From an uncultured Candidatus Binatia bacterium (GTDB taxonomy: Bacteria > Desulfobacterota > Binatia > Bin18), in contig OZ243961.1 of NCBI GenBank assembly GCA_965214605.1, forward strand, positions 992,001 to 1,056,000: 64,000 nt of DNA, given 5' to 3'. The position numbers were made by a program, and so were the translations under genes. The notes beneath the pieces are model-generated. The model made no database searches, was not told the DNA's origin, and saw only the letters and a list, made by a program, of their open reading frames with translations. Shown piece by piece: positions 57,801 through 64,000 of this stretch (within the stretch, counting starts at the first letter, position 1; each line of letters starts with the position of its first letter).

Positions 57801-58501
57801 CATTGCCTCCAGGCATAGCGAAACACCGTCCACAAAATCTTATAGCCTGCCATGATCGTGCCTTTTAGCGTACCGCTCACTTTTGAGACACCCATGCGCC
57901 GACGGTATTGAACCGGGACCTCGGTAATGCGCAATCCTTTTTGAATGGCTCTGATCTGCATCTCAACCGTCCAACCATAGGTGCGGTCCGTCATCCCCAG
58001 TTCAAGCAGGGAGCGAAAACGTAGCGCCCGAAAGGGTCCCAAGTCGGTATATCGAAAGCCGTACAACAGCCGTATCAAAAAGGTAGCCAAGCTATTGCCA
58101 AAACGGGCATGCGATAGCAGAGCGCCGGGCTCGGCCTGGCCCGTGGTGCGTGAGCCAATCACCATATCGTACTCACCCGAGACAATCGGAGCGATAAGGG
58201 CGGGCAGTTCATCCGGATGGTCGCTATAATCGGCATCCACAAAGACCACAATGTCCGGCGAGCCGGCCTTGAGGTGGTCAATGCCGGCGAGGCACGCCCA
58301 GCCATATCCGCGGCGTGCCTCGTGCAACACACTTGCTCCGCCAGCGCGAGCGACCTCAGCCGTATTATCTGATGAGCCGTTATCAATGACCACTACCTCT
58401 TCGAGCATAGCCCGCGGCAGATCGGCCAGAACATGTGGCAACGAACGCTCTTCATTGAGGGCCGGGATGATGACAGCAAGACGAGGGGGAGTATCCGGCA
58501 T
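57800..58501 (-). CDS. GT2 glycosyltransferase (DPM/DPG synthase-like)
   Basis: IIPALNEE, DNGSSD, RGYGWAC, DADYSD, GSR, TDLGPFRA, YGWTVEMQ and SKVSGT motifs. Confidence 0.92.
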   Translation of the reverse strand: MPDTPPRLAVIIPALNEERSLPHVLADLPRAMLEEVVVIDNGSSDNTAEVARAGGASVLHEARRGYGWACLAGIDHLKAGSPDIVVFVDADYSDHPDELPALIAPIVSGEYDMVIGSRTTGQAEPGALLSHARFGNSLATFLIRLLYGFRYTDLGPFRALRFRSLLELGMTDRTYGWTVEMQIRAIQKGLRITEVPVQYRRRMGVSKVSGTLKGTIMAGYKILWTVFRYAWRQ

Positions 58502-58504
58502 AGC

Positions 58505-59191
58505 TTATGATCCGAGTGTGAAGCTGATCACAACCGGTGTCCCGTCGGGCGGGAGCTGCTCAGTATCGGCCGTAAATCGTGCCGGGTTGTTAACATAGTC
58601 GGCGATACTCAGCGCCCCGTTACTCACCTTACCGCTCGGGCAACTGTACAGGCAGACCAGGCAGCCTGGGCGGGGAGCGAAGGGGAGTCGGTTAAACCAG
58701 CGGTCTCGATTGCCACCGAAGCGGAGACTGAGAGCCGTGTCGGTGAAGATCTGCTCAAGGGCAAGACCGGAGGGGTTGCCCTGCCAGGAGACCCGGATAG
58801 CAAGCCGACTGCCGGTAACGGTCTGGTGCGAGGCGGGATGCTCATGCCGCTCGGTCCATGCGGCCATTGGCAGCCTCTTACCCGGCTGAGCGCCTAGCCG
58901 CAGGAGCGCGTCGTGGAAATCGAGATCATCGACCGGGGTATAGAGTAGGGCGTGAGGAGAAGTACCGTCCTGCCACACTAAGAAGTGATAGCGCGTCTCT
59001 TGTCCTTGGGCGGCGTTAAAACGCCGGGGAAAAATTTGGCCAAAGATCTCCACTTGTCTTTTTCCCTCAGCAATACGCAGCGGAGCCGCCCGATTTGGCT
59101 GGTCAGCCGCCCGACTCCAGCCGGCAAGTCCACATAGCACCAGACAGGCCACCACTCCGGTTAGCCGTAGGATGTGCATAGTCCATCTCAT
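58505..59191 (-). CDS. YdjY-like secreted protein with CxxCxxSC motif
   Basis: Signal peptide; RYHFLVW, DALLRLGAQPG, VTGSRL, FGGN, GCLVCLYSCPSGKVSN and LPPDGTPVVISF, as recalled for E. coli YdjY-type proteins. Confidence 0.75.
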   Translation of the reverse strand: MRWTMHILRLTGVVACLVLCGLAGWSRAADQPNRAAPLRIAEGKRQVEIFGQIFPRRFNAAQGQETRYHFLVWQDGTSPHALLYTPVDDLDFHDALLRLGAQPGKRLPMAAWTERHEHPASHQTVTGSRLAIRVSWQGNPSGLALEQIFTDTALSLRFGGNRDRWFNRLPFAPRPGCLVCLYSCPSGKVSNGALSIADYVNNPARFTADTEQLPPDGTPVVISFTLGS

Positions 59192-59198
59192 GTGAAAC

Positions 59199-60662
59199 CT
59201 ACGCTTTGGTCTCCATCACACGCCTATCATAGCCCGGTGGCTGGTCTCCGACTACCGCCGGCGGGTTGCTGCCATACTCCCCACGCCACCACTCCCAGAT
59301 CAGCAGCCCGTAGAATGGCCCATACTCCAGCCAGATATGCCAAGTTTCCAGCCGTCCCCGGTAGGAGTAGTAGAACGACATATAATACAGGCACAGCGAA
59401 CCGGACAGGAGGAGCCAGGAGCGAAGGGGAAAAATGGTCAGAAAGGGGAGCAGACAGACAAAGTACCACGGATTACCGACCGGACTGAGCAGAAACATCA
59501 GGCTCAGCAGCAGCCCGCTAGTCCATACCAATTGACGATCATCCTCCAGTTCTGACCAATAACTGACAAAGAGCATGACTCCGCCCAGCCCAACTCCAAC
59601 GAGACCAGTTGCCAGCCAGCGTTCACTCACCATCGCAACAATGCCGGGAAAGATTAGACTGTTGGTCTGCCACTGCTCGACAAAGGTTCGGGTTCCTGTC
59701 CACAGCGCCCCGCCGACCTGCCAAAACGGGGCGTAGCCAACAATGAGCACGACACTGGCCATCGACAGCCCCAGCAGGGCTCGACCGCGTCCGTGGACTC
59801 TCCACATACGGGCGAAGAAGATGGGCATGAGCAGAACAGGGTACAGCTTGGCCAGCACCGCAACGGCCAGGCTCATCTGGGCCAGCACGCCCCGGCCCGT
59901 GATCATTAGCACCACAGCTAAGACCAGATAGAAGGTCGGCACCACATCGTAGTGGGTTGAATTCATAGTTTCTTTAATGACCAACGGTGACCAGGCGTAC
60001 ACGATCAGGAGCAGTGGGCTGAGCGCCAACTGCCTTAGCAACACCACTAGCAAGCCACATAGCCCAAGATCAAAGGCCAGAAAGACCAGCCGCAAGGCAC
60101 TTAAACTGCCGGGCGCTACCCAAGCTGTAAGGCCAAAGATGGCCTGAGCAAAGGGGGGATAGATGGTCGGAATATGGGGATGATTAACCCGCGTCAGAAC
60201 AAACGACAGCCGGGCATCTTGCTCAGCGAGTTGAACAAAGGCTTGGAGGTGTTCTCCAGTCGCCTTTTTTTCCAACTGCTGCTGAACGCTCAGCGGGGCG
60301 AACTGGTAGGGATTCAGCCCACCGGCAACAACCGCACCGTCCCACATATAACGGTAGAAGTCGTCCTCCTGGATCGGCTGAGAGAAAAACAGCGTCCCTC
60401 GAAAGAGCAGCCCAAAGCCTACGATCAGCCATACCGTTCTGCCCCTTACCTGGCGGCTGGGAACGCCTAGCAGCTGATAGACAGCGAGGCAATAGCACAG
60501 AAAGAGGCCAGCGTAGACAGCCACAAAGGAGACAATAGGGCGCTGGAGATGTCCCTGCCCATAGACGAAAGCGTCACTCAGTAGAGTGAGTACACCATAC
60601 AGGACGAATGACCCGGCTCCCAGTAACGAGAGGGAGATACAGGACTGCGATATTCTTGACAT
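59199..60662 (-). CDS. GT-C fold membrane glycosyltransferase (GT87/DUF2029-like)
   Basis: EDDFYRYMWDG, GLNPY, VNHP...TIYPP, YAWSPLVIKE, HYD, KLYP and PWY motifs. Start moved to 60662. Confidence 0.85.
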   Translation of the reverse strand: MSRISQSCISLSLLGAGSFVLYGVLTLLSDAFVYGQGHLQRPIVSFVAVYAGLFLCYCLAVYQLLGVPSRQVRGRTVWLIVGFGLLFRGTLFFSQPIQEDDFYRYMWDGAVVAGGLNPYQFAPLSVQQQLEKKATGEHLQAFVQLAEQDARLSFVLTRVNHPHIPTIYPPFAQAIFGLTAWVAPGSLSALRLVFLAFDLGLCGLLVVLLRQLALSPLLLIVYAWSPLVIKETMNSTHYDVVPTFYLVLAVVLMITGRGVLAQMSLAVAVLAKLYPVLLMPIFFARMWRVHGRGRALLGLSMASVVLIVGYAPFWQVGGALWTGTRTFVEQWQTNSLIFPGIVAMVSERWLATGLVGVGLGGVMLFVSYWSELEDDRQLVWTSGLLLSLMFLLSPVGNPWYFVCLLPFLTIFPLRSWLLLSGSLCLYYMSFYYSYRGRLETWHIWLEYGPFYGLLIWEWWRGEYGSNPPAVVGDQPPGYDRRVMETKA

Positions 60663-61131
60663 GGACACTATGCTATCACTCTCGACCAGATGAAACCGCG
60701 GTTTGCGAGCTGGTTCGTCCTTTCCTCGCTGTTTTCCTGACGGGCTATGCACCGGCGCGGCATACCGATTACGCTTTCTCTTGCGGGAGGCATGGCCCTC
60801 GCCCGTTCACCACTGGCAACTTATCGGGTGCAGACCTCCTTTGTGACGCCACAGGTCCGAGAACTAGATCTGATGCGCCTCCGGCTGACACAGGGGAATC
60901 TGGCTCGGACGCGCAGCGTCCATGTGGTCCGTGCTGAACAGAGGATACGCTTGCGCCGCCAGCGCGGTATGATGAGTCTGGGCCGCCCTCTTCCTTCCCT
61001 GACCGGAATCCTCCGGCTATGGTTTTCCTGGCGTGGTGTGACGTGGCCAGAGAGTCCCCCCCAGTTGCCGATCACATTGGTTGCCGCCGAGCTCCCGCAT
61101 CCAGACGGTCTTGTCGTGGAGATGAGACGGC

Positions 61132-62085
61132 TCAGCCGTTTTTCGCCGGGAGCAAACGGGTCGGCCACAGGGGTAGACCCGATCCCAGCAGAGCAATGAA
61201 CCCAGCGAGAATAACGGGCAGGAGTTGGGCTAGGTGGGCAATAATGGAGAAGCTCAGCGCCTCTTCTCGTGGAACAGAAAACAATGATAGGGCAAGTATG
61301 ACCGCATACTGAAAGGTGCCGATAAAGCCCGGTGCAGCCGGTAACATTACCCCAACCGCGACCACCAGCATCATGACCAAGCCGGCCTCAAGGGGCAGGT
61401 CCATCCCACACGCTCGCAACAACAGCCAGTAGTAGCCAGCAACGCTCAGCCACATCGCCAGGGACAGGGCGACAATATGAACAATCAGCGAAAGATTCTG
61501 TAAAGCGCGCAGCCCATCGACACAGTGCCGCACCAGGTCGGCCACCCGCTCGGGCAGCCAGGCCAGCGGGAGGCTGCCAGCGTGCCGGACTCCCCACCAG
61601 CCTGCGACCAGACAGCCGACGCCTAGGGCCAGCATGAGCGTATTGGCCCAAACCAGCCCTCCCGGTAGCGGAAAACGGGGTATGACCCATACCAACAGGA
61701 ACGTGATCACAAAAAGATCCCAGACACGCTCCAGGACAGCAGTGGCCAAAGCAGTGCTGAGCCGTACCGGGGTGAGGCGAGACAGGGCATAGCCGCGGAT
61801 AATCTCGCCGAGACGTAAGGGCAACACATTGTTGGCCATAAAGCCAATCAGCGTGGCCGACAAGAAAGGGCGGATCGGCAAGGGCTCCAACGGATCGACG
61901 AAGCGCTGCCAGCGATAGGCCCGTAACACAAAAAATAGGCTGTACCAGACGGTCGGCACCAGCAGGGCGAGCGGATTGACACGCCCCATCACTACTAGGA
62001 CGGTGGACCACTCTACCCCCCGAACGGCAGCATAGCCACACATGAGGCTGAGGACGAGACCGACAAAAATCTTGGGAGCTTTCAC
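61132..62085 (-). CDS. Lysylphosphatidylglycerol synthase TM-domain (flippase-like) protein
   Basis: LRAYRW, IGFMANNVLPLRLGEIIR, LERVWD and PAAPGFIG motifs. Confidence 0.9.
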   Translation of the reverse strand: MKAPKIFVGLVLSLMCGYAAVRGVEWSTVLVVMGRVNPLALLVPTVWYSLFFVLRAYRWQRFVDPLEPLPIRPFLSATLIGFMANNVLPLRLGEIIRGYALSRLTPVRLSTALATAVLERVWDLFVITFLLVWVIPRFPLPGGLVWANTLMLALGVGCLVAGWWGVRHAGSLPLAWLPERVADLVRHCVDGLRALQNLSLIVHIVALSLAMWLSVAGYYWLLLRACGMDLPLEAGLVMMLVVAVGVMLPAAPGFIGTFQYAVILALSLFSVPREEALSFSIIAHLAQLLPVILAGFIALLGSGLPLWPTRLLPAKNG

Positions 62086-62109
62086 CGGAATCCTAGACGC
62101 CGAACAGGC

Positions 62110-63060
62110 TCAACGCAGCCTGCCCTCAACAAACGGCACTTCGTAGACCTTGTCGTGTTGAATAGGGCCGTGCCCGAAGTAGCCAGCCTCGCCAAACAGC
62201 TCCCCGTGGTCAGCAGTAATGGTGATGTAAGTGTTGGGCGGGACCATGTCAAACAGCTGTGTGAAGACTCCGTCAAGGTATCGTACGGCCTCAATCTGCC
62301 GCCCCCGCAGCTGATCGAGCTTATCCTGATTAAAAAATTGCGCTCCGCCTTCCTCTTCGCGTAACTTGCCGCCGACCAACATTTGATCAAGATGCTTAAA
62401 AACCCCATGTACCCCATGAATCCTCGGCCAGCGGTCCTCGGGTTCGTCCGGTAAGGCGTACGGATAATGGGTTTCGCCGACATTTAACAGGTAAAACGAC
62501 GGGCGCTCAGTAGAAAATTTCATCCGCTCAAGCATAGCAACCATATCGTTGTGTTTGGGCATGAGGGTAAAAGAATCAAAATCGCGATTAATCGGCGTGG
62601 CCGGATTCAGAACCGGCAGTGAGACCAGGGCGTGGGTCTGATAGCCGAGTTTGTGTTTGAGAAAGCTGGGCAGAAAGAGGTCTGGGATCAGACTTTTAAA
62701 GGCGATCTCACGCGTGCCTAAGCGATCATTATATTTCAGAAAATCCTGTTTATAGTACTCCGAAGCGTACACCTGCGGCGGACTCGAATGGGGCAATAAC
62801 CCCATCAGCAAGTTATAGTGCGACGGCGCGGTCCACGACGCGTAGCTCCAGCGGCGTTCCACCGGCCCGAGACGACGCAGCACTTTGGGCGCTGCGGTCA
62901 TGAGCACGTCGTAGCGACAGCTGTCAAGGATAACAACGATATAGTTGTTGCGGGCCGCAGGAGGAGAGAGACGCGGCTCTTCTTCCTGGAGCGAGGATGC
63001 GACTGGAGCAGACGCGAGCGGGGCGGGGCTTTTTCTCAGGCGTTCAAAGAGTTTTTTCAT
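62110..63060 (-). CDS. Alkaline phosphatase superfamily / sulfatase-like metalloenzyme
   Basis: VVILDSCRYD, SWTAPSH (Thr nucleophile position), ETHYPY, ITADHGELFGE, GH and VPF motifs. Confidence 0.85.
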   Translation of the reverse strand: MKKLFERLRKSPAPLASAPVASSLQEEEPRLSPPAARNNYIVVILDSCRYDVLMTAAPKVLRRLGPVERRWSYASWTAPSHYNLLMGLLPHSSPPQVYASEYYKQDFLKYNDRLGTREIAFKSLIPDLFLPSFLKHKLGYQTHALVSLPVLNPATPINRDFDSFTLMPKHNDMVAMLERMKFSTERPSFYLLNVGETHYPYALPDEPEDRWPRIHGVHGVFKHLDQMLVGGKLREEEGGAQFFNQDKLDQLRGRQIEAVRYLDGVFTQLFDMVPPNTYITITADHGELFGEAGYFGHGPIQHDKVYEVPFVEGRLR

Positions 63061-63092
63061 TGTGTCTTCCGCCGGGTAGAGGTCAAGAAGAA

Positions 63093-63166
63093 CGCGCCCG
63101 GGGTGACTCGAACACCCAACCTACGGGTTCGAAGCCCGGCGCTCTATCCAATTGAGCTACGGGCGC
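63093..63166 (-). tRNA. tRNA-Arg, anticodon TCG; CCA not encoded
   Basis: GCGCCCG-TA-GCTCAATTGGATAGAGC-G-CCGGG CTTCGAA CCCGT-AGGTT-GGGTG TTCGAGT CACCC-CGGGCGC-G folds as a cloverleaf. The A20 Arg identity element is present. Confidence 0.95.
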
Positions 63167-63696
63167 GCACGGTAGGCAGTCTATCATTTTTTAGCCAGGC
63201 TCGGCCAGCACCGAGGCGCCAGGTCTCCAGCCCGGGTCTTTTTGTACGTAGCCTCTCCCTCGACGCGATAGTCAGCAAGCCCGCCCTCGTTGTTGGCATC
63301 ACAGCCTTGCGGAACGACATAAGGGATTGAGATGCGAAAGAGCTTGTGAACGACAAGAATTAAACTGGTCGGCCTGCGACTGAATCGGATCGTAGGGGCC
63401 GGGGTTTCTGCGGGAGACATCAATACCATGTGATCTGTGGAAGGGCTTCCTGCGTGGCATGGCCTCCATTCAACAAACCCCACGCCGATATCCCATCAAT
63501 CCCCTCAAGGGCGCCGAGTACAGCTATAGCAACGAATGGGCCTTCATACCCTGGGCACTGCTCGTCGATATGCAAGCCTCCCACCTCACCAACTTTTGCA
63601 GCCCCAGCCGTCCATGCCCCGCCTGTTGAGTGGCAAGCAAACGATATTGCAACGAGGATATGCTGAGCCAATCAATCTTTTCCCGTAACGATCTGA

Positions 63697-64000
63697 TCAG
63701 GAGCGGACGCGAGAACTAGGGTCAAGGGTCCAAGTCGTTCCGGTCGGAGAATCTTTGAGTACGATTCCTTGGGTCTGGAGCTGAGCGCGAATAGCATCGG
63801 CTTTTTGGAAGTCTTTCACTTTGCGGGCCGCCGTTCGGTCGGCGATCAGCTGCTCAATCGCCTGCGGGGTGAGACTGGTAGTGACGAATCCTTGATGTTG
63901 CACCCGCTGCAGAAATTTTTCGGGGGTCTCCTGCAACATCCCCAGCACCCCGCCGATTGTGGTGAGGTCTTGGCGGACTTGGGGCAGCGTGTTGAGCTGG
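63697..64000 (-). CDS. cysS: Cysteinyl-tRNA synthetase, C-terminal part (5' end outside the window)
   Basis: GGVLGML...IEQLIADRTAARKVKDFQKADAIRAQLQTQGIVLKDSPTGTTW is the typical CysRS anticodon-binding tail. The frame is open to the window edge. Confidence 0.93.
   Translation of the reverse strand, partial: QLNTLPQVRQDLTTIGGVLGMLQETPEKFLQRVQHQGFVTTSLTPQAIEQLIADRTAARKVKDFQKADAIRAQLQTQGIVLKDSPTGTTWTLDPSSRVRS

Noticed and set aside
56800-60662. Selenocysteine read-through in the TIGR04283-associated operon
   Set aside because: The TGA stops overlap downstream ATGs (translational coupling), and I see no in-frame continuation or SECIS-like hairpin.
60663-61131. Possible riboswitch or small gene ahead of the glycosyltransferase operon
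   Set aside because: No cobalamin, TPP, SAM or other aptamer consensus found. The ORFs on both strands are Arg/Ser-rich and non-protein-like.
1-64000. CRISPR arrays, rRNA, tmRNA, RNase P RNA, transposases, integrases, prophage genes
   Set aside because: No regularly spaced repeats or signature motifs were seen on either strand by eye. Short or divergent elements could have been missed.

Overview
A 64-kb, GC-rich (roughly 60%) bacterial chromosome segment, densely packed with housekeeping and catabolic genes. I see no rRNA, CRISPR array, intact transposase or prophage. Several luciferase-like/F420-type monooxygenases, an Ltp2-like thiolase, an Mce/Mla transporter and tRNA-Arg(UCG) suggest a deltaproteobacterial-grade lineage such as Binatia; this is inference only. 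Core content: pgk; a GH65 phosphorylase/beta-PGM operon; an mdh-frdABCD-fumC operon; clpS-clpA opposite an M1 aminopeptidase; a class I lysyl-tRNA synthetase; an MlaE/F/D/PqiC-type operon; a dGTPase; fbp-fbaB; tRNA-Arg; and the 3' end of cysS. The most notable items are: (1) a tightly coupled operon GT-C(GT87-like) / YdjY-like Cys protein / GT2 / small protein ending in -LRVGG / TIGR04283-type GT2, possibly a sulfur-carrier-linked glyco-modification pathway; (2) a palindromic C/G-run repeat sitting in frame inside the class I LysRS; (3) a HisI paralogue with NCEQN in place of DCDxD; (4) a decayed MazEF-type module with an almost intact operator that runs straight into pgk; (5) a ThDP enzyme / VOC / PAL-like lyase operon; and (6) several gene-sized intervals that look like eroded pseudogenes. 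All family assignments come from motif recognition, not database searches. Many start codons were moved from the ORF track using RBS and family N-termini.
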